Source of the DNA: Octopus sinensis
Lineage: Eukaryota
Reading direction: 5' to 3'
Assembly: GCF_006345805.1 (NCBI RefSeq)
Contig: NC_043003.1
Span: 48,608,001-48,672,000, forward strand
DNA length: 64,000 nt
Position 1 is the first letter of the stretch. Every line of letters starts with the position of its first letter. Both the position numbers and the translations under genes were made by a program. Shown here in pieces: positions 26,820-39,545 of this stretch. The notes below the pieces were generated by a model. It did no database searches, was not told where the DNA came from, and was given only the letters and a program-made list of their open reading frames with translations.

Positions 26820-27142
26820 TATTATAGGCACAAGATCTGAACATTTGGGGAAGGGAGCTAGTCAGCTACATCAACCCCAGTGATCAATTTGTAATTATTT
26901 AATCGACCCCGAAAGGATAAAAGGCAAAGTTGACCTCGGCGGAATTTGAACTCAAAATGTAGCAACGGGTGAAATACCTATTTCTTTACTACCCACAACG
27001 GGCTAAACACAGAGAGGACAAACAAGGACAGACAAGAGGATTAAGTCGATTATACCGACCCCAGTGCGTAACTGGTACTTATTTAATCGACCCCGAAAGG
27101 ATAAAATGCAAAGTTGACCTCGGCGGAATTTGAACTCAGAAC
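26820..27142 (-). mobile_element. SINE family B, tandem dimer
   Basis: Two successive atcgaccccgaaaggat..gacctcggcggaatttgaactc units. Confidence 0.85.
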
Positions 27143-28337
27143 AATAACAGTAATGGTTATGACAACGTTTTTCAAAAAATCAAGTAACAAAGTTACCACC
27201 AGCAACAACAATATAAGAGACAACAACAATAACAACAGCAACAACAACAACAGCAACAGCAGTAGCAACAAGAATAATAACCACAAAAGTATCGGTGCGA
27301 CTCCGCAAGCCGAAAAGTTTTACTGGAATGGCTGGGAAATGAGCATAATACTTCGCGCTCTTCCGAAACGGCAAGGAGGCACACATGATACAGGTGAAAC
27401 GGATTGTGAAGGTGAGTAGGGGAGGCTAGAAGTTGCCATTCTAGCTGAGGTATTAGCGACAACTGTCTAAAAGAAGGTGATATATATACTAAAATGCGAC
27501 TCTGAAGCAGCGACACACATCTTGTTGGAAAAACCCCTGAAAAATATGGGTTGATATAAATAATTTGGTGGGTGTTTGCCTGTGTTATTCTGGAAGACAG
27601 TGACATCCTCCTCGGCGTGAAAGGAAAGGGTTGGGGGTTTTGGCTTGGGACCACAGAGGAGACCCACCTCTAGATCAAAACAAAGGACATGTAAAAGATC
27701 CCAGAGTGTATCTGTCTGCCTCAATACAATGAAGCTGTGTGTTGTAATTGAGGGCTGAAGGCCAGGATGTTACTTGTGTGTGGTGAAAGGCCACTGCTTT
27801 TTTGTCGTCAAAAAAAAAAAAAAAACACACAGAGAAGGCTCCCACTACTGCCAACACTACAGCCCCCAAAACAGTAGCAGCTAAGTGAACAAGAACAACA
27901 TTAGCAGCACCGACATTAACAACAACAGCAACAGCAAGAACGACGCCATAGCAACTGAGCGAAAACCAACCATACAGGAAAATTACCAACCTAATTCCCT
28001 CTCTCCCTCATCTTTCAAATAAACACACTCGTGGACACACGGAAACATACTTCTAACCTCACACGCAGGGGATATTTCTGGCTTTGAAATATCATGTTGC
28101 GAGGAGAGACAACAGAGTAATGAAAAAAAAAAAAAAAAAGGCAACGGAGGGGCGATGCATACTTTGCTCGCATATTATTTTCGCGAAAACGATAAAATAC
28201 GGGTTGGCAAAGAAACTTGAATGTTATTTTAGAGAGTTTGGAATTAAAATTAAGAAAGAATAACATAAAATGAAGATTCTTCTCCAATTTTTCACTGAGA
28301 AATCATGCATGCTAAAAAAAAACCCAACAATAAAAAC

Positions 28338-28760
28338 ATAGGCGTAGGCGTGGCTGTGTGGTAAGAAGCTTGCTTCCCAACCACATGGTTCCGGATTCAG
28401 AACCTTGGGTAAGTGACTTCTACTATAGCCTCGGGCCGATCAAAGCCTTGTGAGTGGATTTGGTAGACGGTAACTGAAAGAAGCCCATCCTATATATACA
28501 TACACACACACATACACACACACACACACACACGCGCGCGCGCACATATATATATATATGCACATACATATATACGTGTGTATATTTGTGTGTCCCTCCA
28601 CCATTGCTTGACAACCGCTGTTGGTGTGCTTTCGTCCGTCCCCGTAACTTAGCAGTTCAGTAAAAGAGACCGATAGAATAAGTACTAAGTTTACAAAGAA
28701 TAAGTCTTGGGGTCAATTTTTTCGATTAAAGGCGGTGCTCCAGCATGGACGCAGTCAAAT
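28338..28760 (+). mobile_element. SINE family A
   Basis: ataggcgtaggcgtggctgtgtggtaagaagcttgc head through ggcggtgctccagcatgg tail. Confidence 0.85.
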
Positions 28761-29379
28761 GCCTGAAGAATTTAAATAGTTTTACAGTGAAATGCTAAAA
28801 TACGAGTTGACGGAAAGTTCAGCATACATTTTGCATATGACTAAATAAATGAGTATTCAAATAATAATCATAACTATGAATAATCATGACCATGAATAAT
28901 CATAATTATGAAAAAAAAAAAGTGAACAAAATGAAATCATTATAGAAAATTTTACAACGTCATTCAATGATGGCCAGTGAATCAAACGTACTGTGTAGTT
29001 CGTTGTAGAATATAAATAGTATGATCACTTGCTTATCGGGAAACTTGTAAGTTCGGTTAAAATTTCTTTTTTAAAGTATTACCATTAAAGCTATTTATAC
29101 TCTACTCTTTTACTTGTTTCATGCCATCCAACTGCTTTGAAGGGACCTAGATAGACAGACATTGTTCAATGTTTTGTTTGGTTTAGACCACTAGATGAAC
29201 TAGTCTCACCCAGAAATGGGCTGAGAGAAACTACTTCTGAAGGGCAAGCCGAGGTGACGAACGCTTACATTACATCCGACATTTATTATCGCTTGACCTC
29301 GTTTCATTGCTGACCATAGTGAAGCATTTACTCTTCTGTTTTCTGTGGAGGTGTGTGCTTTTCTGGTCAGACGGTCTAT

Positions 29380-29950
29380 CTGCTCTCATCAACCGCTGCA
29401 TGGAGGAATGGGTTTGTGACTGGTGATGCGCAGAGACTACGGCATTGCCAGCGTTACTTTGACGGCAAGCAGGTGAGATGAGCGTTTGTTAGACGTGCTT
29501 TTCCGCAGCTCGTCTTATTGACAGAGCTGCAGTCCTGGATAGATGTAGGCCGAGGCAGGGCTGCTGGTACCTAGAGTGCTATCAAGTGCTCCCAGCTCTG
29601 CCAGTCAGATAACGCAGTCGGTAGATGTTCCACTTTGGCGTTCTATTGAGGATTTTTGGTAGGCAAATGTGACAACGTCCTCTGGGAAACTCTGGACGTC
29701 GATGAAAATCAATTGGCTGGTTTTTTTCCGGAGGACTTGGATAAGCCTAGCTTACGGTAAATTTGTGAAAAGCTGGATGTATGAAGCGAGAAATTGAGTG
29801 AAAGGAACTCCCCTGAGTATGTGCCGATACGCTGAATTGTAGGAGGAGAGAAGACCACTTGCCTTGGTACTCTTGGGGAGCAGAGTGACTTGGAATCTAT
29901 AGGGTTTCTTGGTGGCTTCTGGGTGGCGCTCCTCCATTGAGGAATTCTGT
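29380..29950 (+). mobile_element. Second, older L1/Tx1-type ORF2 fragment
   Basis: Aligns by eye to 33335-32960 in opposite orientation (shared gagctgcagtcctggat, ggtacctagagtg, tggcgttctat, ttccggag). Confidence 0.7.
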
Positions 29951-30046
29951 GTTTTTAATGTTTACATGAATTTATGTGATTCTCCACTGTCCTTTGTCTT
30001 TGAATTTTTCCAAATGATTTTTTGCGGACCTTGTGGCCAGTAAAGG

Positions 30047-30113
<67 letters not shown>

Positions 30114-30116
<3 letters not shown>

Positions 30117-30490
30117 TAGTCTTATTTTTATCACGTCCTTTCATTGCACTACTCTGTGTGCCTTGGGTATGTACTGTGGTTTGTTGTAATGCTCTTATTG
30201 TTACTGTATTGAAAGTGTTCTATGCAGGATGTGTGCGGTGCCTAGTAGTGCTGTTTTCTGTATGTTATAAATATTTGTTAGTCCTGGTGTTTGTGTTATG
30301 TATTTGTCTAAATATTTTTTATCATACCTAATGCACCTGTTATGATAGTAATTGTTTCTGCTTTTAGACTCCACATCTGTGTTACCTCTATTTCCAGGTC
30401 TTTGTATTTTGAAAGTTTCTCCATTTATTTTAGAGAACCGTTGTCAACTGTTGGTATTGACACATCAATTAGGGAGCAGAGTTACTTGGA
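30114..30490 (-). mobile_element. R4/Dong-type LINE 3' fragment
   Basis: LIDVSIP..KLSKYKDLEIEVTQMW..ITGALGMI..GTAHILHRTLSI; flanked by (AAT)n on both sides. Confidence 0.85.
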
Positions 30491-30554
<64 letters not shown>

Positions 30555-30557
30555 ATT

Positions 30558-30962
30558 ACTTTTTTTCTTCTTCTTTCAAATTTTCTTCCATTTCTTGCCG
30601 AGTGTCTTCCCGACTCCTAGGGCAAAGAAACTCATAGTGTATATTGGTAGGCCATTAAACCAACTCAGTAGTTCGTTCATTTTTTATTTTTTTATTTTTA
30701 AAGTTAAATTAAAATGCATGAGCAGCAACAGTTCTCACATCGACAATGCTCTTCTCAATACGTGTGATGTACCAGTTAAGACAATCTTTTGCACTTCTTG
30801 CAGGGATGGTAAGCCAGGGATCATTCTCATATAATTTTCGGTTCCCTTCTTGATCATTCCTAGTGCTCCTACGATCACTGGTATTGTAACCGCCTTGAGA
30901 TGCAACATTTTCTCAATTTCAATGAGTAGGTCTTTATATTTTCTATTAGGTCTCTATATTTT
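30558..30962 (-). mobile_element. R4/Dong-type LINE 3' fragment (different subfamily)
   Basis: KYKDLLIEIEKM..IPVIVGALGMIKKG..GTSHVLRRALSM*; flanked by (AAT)n. Confidence 0.85.
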
Positions 30963-30963
30963 C

Positions 30964-31006
<43 letters not shown>

Positions 31007-31014
31007 TACTTTTA

Positions 31015-31360
31015 ATCTGCATATTTCTTACAATCACTTGCTGAGACACACCCAGTGTTCTAGGACGAGTGAAGGAAAAGAGATGTTTCGGTATGATTGA
31101 AAGCTTGGGGAAGGGAAGTGGTAATGGCAGTAGCAAACAATCTTCATGTAATACAACATAGACGTTTAAATTGATAGGGTTTTTCTAAGGATGTGGGCAG
31201 TACTTGTCAGCACAATCTTTTGTATTTCTCTGAGACATGGTTCTCCTGGGATATTATCTAGATGTTTCTGACATCCCTCTCTTATCATACCTAGGGCACC
31301 CACAATAACAGGAACAGTTCTCGCTTTAAGATGCCAATCTTTTGTATTTCAATTATAATT
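31015..31360 (-). mobile_element. R4/Dong-type LINE 3' fragment (third variant)
   Basis: ARTVPVIVGALGMI..EIQKIVLTSTAHILRKTLSI; AAT-rich flanks. Confidence 0.8.
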
Positions 31361-31544
31361 ATAATAATTACTATTATTGAGTGAGAGAGCAATGCAAGCC
31401 ATCAGAGTGATGACCACCAGGCAAAGAAAAGACCATCAGGCAAACCAGCCTGCCCTTCCTGGCCGCGAAATTTTTTTGCCCCGCGAGAGTTCCGGACCCT
31501 AGTAATGAACTCATTTGCATATAGCCAATCAGAGCTCACCTTGA

Positions 31545-32405
31545 CCTTGTTGTACATAAACGACTACGCAGAGGTAGAGCCATGTAAATAACGAAGGATC
31601 AGATCTATTCAGCTCTCAGATAATGCCTAGACACAAAGCCCAATATAACACTCGCGAATGTGTTAAAAACAACCAATCTCTTGGTAAAACACACTAAGTA
31701 AACTCATGACGAAGAACGGTCACCAAGATAATACCTGATTTTAGAAGGAAACAAGTAATTAGACAGGGTGTCATCATACCACTTTTTTCCTCCTTTGTAC
31801 GGCCACACCTTGAATACTGCTCTCCACTGTGGTCTCCTCACACAAGACAAAACATCTCCAGAATTGAGTCACCCCAGAGGGCACTCACTAAACAAATTGA
31901 AGGCATGGCTGCTCTCGATTATTGGGATCGCCTTAAAGCCTTGAAACTTTACTCCCTCCAGCGTCGCCGTGAGCGGTACATCATTTGTACGATGTGGAAA
32001 ATATACCGCCAACTTTGCCCAAACGACCTAAACATTAGCTTCAAGGTTCATCCAAGACTTGGACCACGGGCTATACGTCCCCTGCCCAATTCAAGATCAC
32101 AACATACATGTACACTGCAACATAATTTCTTTTCCTCAACAGGCCCTGCCTATTTAACATTGTCCCGAGGGAGATCAAAGAGGAAAATGATCCCATCAAC
32201 TTTAAACAGAGTCTGGATAGATTCCTTCAAAGAATACCAGATAAGCCACCCATAATTGGATACAACTCACCCAACAAGAACTCACTACTTGAACAAAACT
32301 TGACTTAAACAGGATTCGAATAATCCTATCAGGTGGTGCTATTAAGTTAGACATGGCCTGGACCAATCTTTGGTCGAAACATATCTAAGTTTATCTAAGT
32401 TTACC
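31545..32405 (+). mobile_element. CR1-group LINE 3' fragment
   Basis: RPHLEYCSPLWSPH, LDYWDRLKALKLYSLQRRRERY and FKQSLDRFL motifs with frameshifts; short tandem tail atctaagttt. Confidence 0.88.
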
Positions 32406-32744
32406 TATTATCGGATTTTGTTAAGGTCCCATTCGGTAAAGATGCGGATGAGAAAAGTGTCGGTAGAGGGTGATGTACGAGCAACCCTCTCCCCTTACTG
32501 TTTTACAAAGTAAACAACGACACAAATAATTACGCAGAGGCAGCCATGGTGGAAACACGAACACAAGCATTATCAAAAGAGAAAAGAAGCATGGTCATTC
32601 CTTACCCAAGTGACCTTAGTTTTTTCCTCATCACTTGTCTGCTCATAAATTAGCTTGATAGTTGAGCTCTGACTGGCTGTATGCAAATGAGTTCATAACT
32701 AGGGTCCAAAACTCTCGTGGGAAAAATTTCACTTCCCGGCCTAA

Positions 32745-33335
32745 GGAAGGCGGCAGGACTATCCTCACAATGGATTCAGACGATAGCTGGATTCGACAGC
32801 GGATGTTCGACATAAACCCACAACTTAGAAACATTCGGGCACTGGAAGAGAGCGTGCAGAACGGTGTCGTCGCTCTGCGCGTACCTCGGACAAGCCCGGC
32901 TGACTTCACTTCAGTGTCTGTAGAGTTTATCTTGAACAGGTAGTGCCCCCCCCCCTGTAGCACTGCCAGGTCAAGGATAGTTCTCCGGAACAGACTAGCC
33001 AACTCGTTCTTGTCGACGACCAGAGACTCCCCGAGAACGTCGTCGCACTCACCCACTATTAACCCTCTATAGAACGCCATAGTAGAATTTCCCCCTACCG
33101 CATTGCCCGACAAGTGTAAGCGTCTGACGACACTCTAGGTGCCAGGCGTCCTTCCTTGGTCTACGCTTGATCCAGGACTGCAGCTCAGTCAAAGAGACAA
33201 ACTGCGGGTAATCGCAGCTGACAAACGATGACCACACTTGCTCACTGTCTAGGAAGCGCTGGAGATGCTGCAGCCTCGACGCATGTCTGCGCATCAATAG
33301 CCACGGCATGTCCAGCCCTCCATTTAGCGGGTGTT
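32745..33335 (-). mobile_element. L1/Tx1-type ORF2 C-terminal fragment with zinc-binding region
   Basis: GGLDMPWLLMRRHASRLQHLQRFL..., then frameshifted LTWQCYRG.ALPVQDKLYRH..ACPR..DTVLHALFQCP..LW. Confidence 0.8.
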
Positions 33336-33349
33336 GGCTATTATTATTA

Positions 33350-33970
33350 TTATTCTATGTTTGAGTTTTGCTTTATATTTGTACAAGTTGGCTCCAAGTC
33401 TCACCCAGAGACCTCAAGAGATAACAGGTTGGAAGTTCATGTTGTTGTTATGCCTAGTGTGCCATATATTGGGGGGGGGAGTTTTTGGTGTTGTACTAAT
33501 GAATGTCTAAAAAAAAATTTTTTTTTTTTTTAAAACCGAAAATTATGTTTGTTTTAAACCTTGAGATTACATAGAAAGTATTTTGCGTAGGATATGAGCA
33601 GTTCCCATGAGCACTATCTTTTGAATTTCTGCCATTTTTGGGTTTCCTGGTATCTGAGTTAGGTAGCTATCAGCCCCTTTTGCTATCATTCCCAGGGCAC
33701 CTATGACAACAGGTATTGTTTTAGTCTTCAGGTTCCACATTTTGCTGATTTCTATTTCAAGATCTTTATATTTGCTCAGTTTTTGGTAGGTCTTGACAGA
33801 TACGTTTATATCGATTGGGATAGTCATATCAATGAGGAGGCATGTTCTTTGTTTGAAGTCTTTCAATATGATGTCTGGCCTATTTGCATCTATCTTTCTG
33901 TCAGTTTGAATGGTGAAGTTCCAGAGGAGTGAGATGTGGTCATTTTCAAGCACTGGGGGTGGTTTGTGTT
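33350..33970 (-). mobile_element. R4/Dong-type LINE 3' end with intact restriction-like endonuclease frame (33567-33970)
   Basis: LLWNFTIQTDRKIDANRPDIIL...LIDMTIP...KLSKYKDLEIEISKMW...PVVIGALG...GTAHILRKILSM*; both ends lie in (AAT)n. Confidence 0.9.
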
Positions 33971-33972
33971 CC

Positions 33973-33973
33973 C

Positions 33974-34037
<64 letters not shown>

Positions 34038-34115
34038 TCCTTCTTTCTTCAAATTTTCTTCCGTTTCTCGCCGCCGCCGCCGCCGCCGCCGCCGTTGTTG
34101 TTGTTGTTGTTGTTG

Positions 34116-34146
<31 letters not shown>

Positions 34147-34181
34147 TGTTGTTGTTGTTGTTGTTATTATTATTGTTGTTA

Positions 34182-34246
<65 letters not shown>

Positions 34247-34248
34247 TA
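33973..34248. repeat. Compound trinucleotide tract (ATT)n-(GCC)n-(GTT)n-(GCT)n-(ATT)n containing a Dong-type 3' stub at ~34035-34070
   Basis: Directly visible; the stub matches the terminus of the 30558 element. Confidence 0.9.
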
Positions 34249-35389
34249 TGCGTCCAACAGGTTTATACAAATTCGTACTCTATCAGCAAGCACACACCTC
34301 CGTGCTCCTGGCGTGTATGCAGCATTCATTTTCCGAGGTGTAAACCTGTGTTAGTATACTCGGTCATATTTGCGCTGTTATGTGTTGACTTGTTCTACTT
34401 GTTATTTTAGTGTTTCTTCTGTTACGTGGGTGATTTGTGTGAGTTCTTGGTGCTATAGTGTCAGGCATCGGTTGAGCAGAAGTGTGTGTTGTGTTATTTT
34501 ATTAGGTGTTGTTCGTGTGGAGTATGTTGTTTCAACTGTTATTTTATTGGGTGGTTAACGCATGGGGTGTGTTGCACGCAGTCAGTGTACTGTTGTGCTA
34601 TTTGAATTTAGTTGAAGGCGCCTGGCTCTTCTGTTATATTTTTCCAAAATTTCCACCTACACTTCGTGTGTTATATTTTCTCATTTTTATCAACTATAAG
34701 GTAACTGTATGGGTGGTTCTGGACTAATTCTTTGATTTCGATGGCTATGTCTAATTTAATATCCCTAGTTTCAGTTACTCTCCTCTACCTCTTCTTTCAG
34801 TAGTTTTAAAACGATAAACGTCGCCCTTTTCAAGCCTAGTCACGCTCATGGGCCCGATTTCCCGGTTTCTGTGGCGTGTGTGTTTCCCCCCAGCTGGACG
34901 GAACGCCAGTCCATCGCAGCGTTACTCATGAAACAGGAAGAGAGAGTGAGAGAAAGTTGTGGCGAAAGAGTACAACAGGGCTCGCCCCCCCCCCCTCCTG
35001 CCGGAGCATCGTGGAGCTTTTAGGTGTTTTCGCTCAATAAACACACACAGCGCCCAGTCCGCTGCCCTAACCACTGGGCCATTGCGCCTCCACTTCAGTA
35101 GTTTTTGCACATTTTTTTTTTAATCCCTGACTCATTTTTATATCCTGGTTGAATATACGAACAATTTTTAATAGTTTTTTTTTCTTTTTTGACTGCAATA
35201 TTATCCCTCTTAATTATTGTAAAGTCATCCCTGTAAGTTTTATTTGTCCGTAGCATCTGTACATTTGGGTCGTTTCATTCAATAGATTTTTTTGTCAAGT
35301 CAGGACTCAGTAAAAGATTAGAGAGGATCATGAGTCTTCTTTTTAAATGACTCCTTTTTTAACGAATCTTTCTTAATGTATCTTTTTAA

Positions 35390-35670
35390 TGCCTACTTTT
35401 TTTTTTTACTGATGTAGGACTGTTTTGATAATTTTCTCCTGGCTGGCTTTGTAATGATATTTTTGTAATGGTACTGTTTCAAATTTTGACATGTTGGGGC
35501 TACTTTATTTATGTAGAGGGTTTCCATTACATAAGATTGTACGATGCTAACAAATATCTCCCGGTAGTCAATCGAAGCCATACTTTGTTTTTTACTACCC
35601 ATTTTCCTATCTTCCATTATCGCTCGGTTCACTTGTAGCTGCTTTTTACGGTTATACATTCACTTCCGAC
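35390..35670 (-). mobile_element. Old R4/Dong-type RT fragment
   Basis: KKQLQVNRAIMED..QSMASIDYREIFVSIVQSYVME resembles the DQLLINKAI..WIDYxKAFDSVPHSWI region of these RTs. Confidence 0.65.
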
Positions 35671-36834
35671 ACCGTTTCTCCTCCTCTGGAAATGAAGTAC
35701 AAGAAGTCCATAAATTACCTACGCATTACGGAAGTTTCAAAGTTAATTTACGAACACTCTGTATTGCTCTCAAAATGTGTAATCATCCTGTTGTACACCA
35801 CGGACATAATGATTTTTATAGGTCTTTAGCTTTCTAGGTCTCTGGTATCATTATCACCCGACTACTAGTCGGATGTTGATTCTACTTAACACTATTGAAT
35901 GCTGCTGCCATATACTCATGAGTATTTGTTAGACGTTTGTTAATTTCAGGAACTTACCAATTACTTCAGTTCTGAACATATTTATGAGTTCCTTACCGGC
36001 TTTGGTGGTTAATACTTGTGGTGCTATTCTGTATTTTTCTTTTCACTTTTCTCTTTTAAACCGATTTTCATTTTTGATTCTATTGATTGTCTTTGCCTCA
36101 TATTTTGTTTTCTCAGTGGCCATGAATTTTCGTTGTTATCGTCGTCTTCTAGTATTAGAAGACAATTGAACACGTCGGTGCAAAGTCCACAGACGCGATC
36201 GAATTAACAGATTGGTCTATTGAGCAATATGCCAACACTTCCACATAAAACAAATAAAAAGTAAAATAACTCTTTTTTTTTTTAGAACGGTGAAATTTGA
36301 AGCAGATAAAGCTATCAATAATACCGTGTGAATATTGTATTTAAAATCTTTTGAATAGAAAAAGTCGAAGGCTAACCGTGGGACTCAAACCCACAACTTC
36401 TGTAAACTTCTATCTCTGGATCAAAGCAACAACAAACAATTCTCGCTGGCAAAAATTCTTTCTGCTATAGGCACAAGGCCTAAAATTTGAGGGAGGGGGA
36501 TAGTCGATTACATCGTCCCCAGTACTCAGCTGGTACTTATTTTATTGACTCCGAAAGGATGAAAGGCAAAGTCGACCTCAGCGGAATTTGAACTGAGAAA
36601 GTGAAGACAGACGAGAAATACCCGGCGTGCTAACGATTCTGCCAGCTCACTGCCTTTCTTGCTGGTAAGAATAAAGTTTCTAAAATGGATAAGGAAATTC
36701 GAAGGGATGCTTTGGTCCAATGTGATAATGTTTGTCATGTTTGCAGGAGACGTGGATTCAGGAGAAACTTTCAGATTTTTCTATCCAGAGGGATTTTTAA
36801 CCTAATATTTACGTTATTATTTATAACTTTATAA

Positions 36835-37200
36835 AGGCGACGAGCTGGCAGAAACGTTAGCGCGCCGGGCGAAATACTTTGCGGTATTTCGTCTACCGCT
36901 ACGTTCTGAGTTCAAATTCCGCCGAGGTCAACTTTGCCTTTCATCCTTTCGGGGTCGATTAAATAAGTACCAGTTACACACTAGGATCGATATAATCGAC
37001 TTAATCCGTTTGTCTGTCCTTGTTTGTTCCCACTGTGTGTAGCCCCTTGTGGGCAGTAAAGAAATAGGTATTTCGCCCGTCGCTACGTTCTGAGTTCAAA
37101 TTCTGCCGAGCTCGACTTTACCTTTCATCTTTTCGGGGTCGATAAATTAAATGTAATCGACTCATCCCCTCTCTCAAAATTGCTGCCGTTGTGGCAAAAT
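36835..37200 (+). mobile_element. tRNA-derived SINE family B, tandem partial duplication; other copies at ~20615-20830, 25690-25850, 36470-36655, 42790-42940, 49310-49508, 51260-51445, 56040-56350, 59565-59760, 60420-60560
   Basis: Head ggcgagctggcagaaacgttagc, B box gagttcaaattcc, conserved central domain gcctttcatcctttcggggtcgataaaataagtaccag (resembles widely shared SINE central domains; superfamily not assigned). Confidence 0.88.
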
Positions 37201-37602
37201 TGGAAACCATTATTTATAGCTTTATCTGCCTGGATAAATACCACCGTTCAAAAAATAAAGAAAGAAAATAAAGAATTATTTCTCGTTTCTAAATTTTTAT
37301 GACGTCAAAAATATAAAAGGTAGTATACACATGTACCAGACATTGTATGACAAAAACTAGACGAAGTAAAGACCAATCTGGAAACAAAATCTATCTTCTA
37401 GATGAAGTTTATCTAAACGCTAGAAATATAACTTGCCAGTTAAGGATTAGGACAATCCTTTAGTTAATACGAAAGAGTTCATAAAAAGCCTAATAGGTGT
37501 GATCTATTAATTGTTCAATGGACTAATAATTGCCGACGCAAATTACCACCAATCTCTCTGTAATATAGTTTGGGTCTACAGGTACAGGTAGAAATGTGGA
37601 TG

Positions 37603-37968
37603 CGCAATGGCCCAGTGGTCAGGGCAGCGTACTCGCGGTCGTAGGGTCACCGTTTCGATTCCCAGACCGGGCTTTGTGAGTGTTTATTGAGCGAAAACAC
37701 CTAAAGCTCCACGAGGCTCCGGTAGGGGGTGGTGGCGAACCCTGTTGTACTCTTTCACAACTTTCTCTCACTCTATGTTTCTGTTGTACCTGTATTTCAA
37801 AAGGCCAGCCTTGTCACACTCTGTGTCACGCTGAATCTTCCTGAGAACTACGTTAAGGGTACTCGTGTGTGTGGAGTGCTCAGCCACTAGCACATTAATT
37901 TCACGAGCAGGCTGTTCCGTTGATCGGATCAACTGGAACCCTCGTCGTCGTAACCGACGGAGTGCCAC
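37603..37968 (+). mobile_element. tRNA-derived SINE family C; related copies at ~212-410, 19125-19270, 34810-35092 (-), 40245-40450, 43030-43270 (-), 48378-48690, 57490-57793 (-), 57945-58180
   Basis: A box tggcccagtgg, B box gtttcgattcc, body aaaacacctaaagctccacgagg..caactttctctcactc, tail ggaaccctcgtcgtcgtaacc. Confidence 0.85.
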
Positions 37969-38598
37969 TACAGGTAGAAATACTGAGAACATTAGGAGTG
38001 GAGATCCACAAAATAACAATCAGAATCTGATAGAAAATTTTCAGACGTTAGTTTGATAGACACGTCGAGCCTTCAAAGTGATTACTCCTAATTTTAGTTG
38101 GTTATTTACTCCGAGAGGAAATTAGTTCTTTAGTGTCTTTCCACTCTATCCATATCTTAACCTCGGTCTTTACAAATACTTGGCTGCATTTGATAGAAAT
38201 TGCGCTCATTCTCACAATTACGAAGACAAAGGCGAAAACAAATTAAAACAATAAAAAAATTACTAGACTGATTTTTATGTTAAATTTGAAATGTATTTTT
38301 TATTTTATTTTATTGTATAATTCTTTATTTACATCAACAAATTTCTAGTTCAGTTTTCACCCTTACATGCACAGATATACAACTAATACATACACATACA
38401 CTAACATCCACATACACTCATACGTTCTATACAAATGTAATTGAGTGCATGCAATAGCATTTATTTACATCATATACATAACATCAAGTTATGACAGTTG
38501 GTCCCTGTAACCACCCACGTTTATATACACTCATCTATAGATGACCGGTACTTCTGCATACAAAAATTATACGCATATTTTCAGACATGATATATAAG

Positions 38599-39395
38599 TG
38601 TTGGGTCATCCCATAAATAATGCGGGTTTTTTAGTACTTCTTTTATATTTCAAAATTAAGATAAACAAAGTTATTTTTTAATCTAAAATATACTCTCCTT
38701 CATTTTCTACAATGCTCTTCTATCTATCTGGTAGACTTGCAAGGCCCCTCTTCCAAAGTTCATTTGTTCGTGAGGAAAAAATACTCCTCCAGTACTGTTC
38801 TGACCTCGTCTACAGAATTCATATTTTCCCGTCCAAATGATTTTGAAGACTGCAGAATAAATGATAATCACATGGGGCAGTATCCGGCGAAGATGGAAAT
38901 CGTTTCTCATTCAAACTGCTCATTCAAACTTTGGAATGTCATCCTCGCTGTATGTGGCCGAGCATTATCCTGATGGAAGAACACCAGTTACGATGGTATT
39001 TTGTTCCACCAGGATTTGCAGGACGTCCTCGTCGAGCTCTACAGATCTTCCAAGGCGAGGCTCATCTTCTAGGCTGTAGTTTCTGGCTTACACTTATTGT
39101 CCGAACCCATATACTGCAATAATATTCCTCGCACTTTCCGCTGCGTTGTTGCTTTCATTGAATTCATAAAGCAAAATATGCCGAATATGCTCCTTTGTAA
39201 CTTCCATTACAGCTTTGAAAAAAATAACTGTTAAAATCGAACTGCACTCTTTAAACTTGCACTAAGAATAAGGAGAAGGTAAAATTACTACCTGCTTTTA
39301 TAGCATGTTGATGCAGATAGTTTATCTCGCCCCCCTCTGACTTTTAGTTCATGCAATTGAAAAAAAAATCACATTATTTATGGGATGACCCAATA
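38599..39395 (-). mobile_element. Internally deleted mariner (Tc1/mariner) element
   Basis: TIRs ttgggtcatcccataaataatg at both ends. Remnant N-terminus MEVTKEHIRHILLYEFNESNNAAESARNI and C-terminal (S)PDTAPCDYHLF...WKRGLASLPDR*; ~800 bp, so the catalytic core is largely missing. Confidence 0.9.
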
Positions 39396-39545
39396 TCTTT
39401 ATGACAACATATAGAGAGAGAGAGAGATAACATGCAGGAAAGATTACATGCAACCGTTGCACCAACTGAATTTATGCTTTGCTGCATCAACAGAAGTGTT
39501 TTTACAATATCTTCTTCACACAGAAAAACAGAGTAAACAAAAACG

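Noticed and set aside
32662-32943. Plus-strand 93-aa ORF (MSSDWLYANEF...) as a novel gene or LINE ORF1
   Set aside because: It is the antisense shadow of the Tx1-type zinc-binding region fused to the octamer module.
33910-34410. Poly-L/C/Y/I/N ORFs
   Set aside because: Trinucleotide microsatellite; open in several frames at once.
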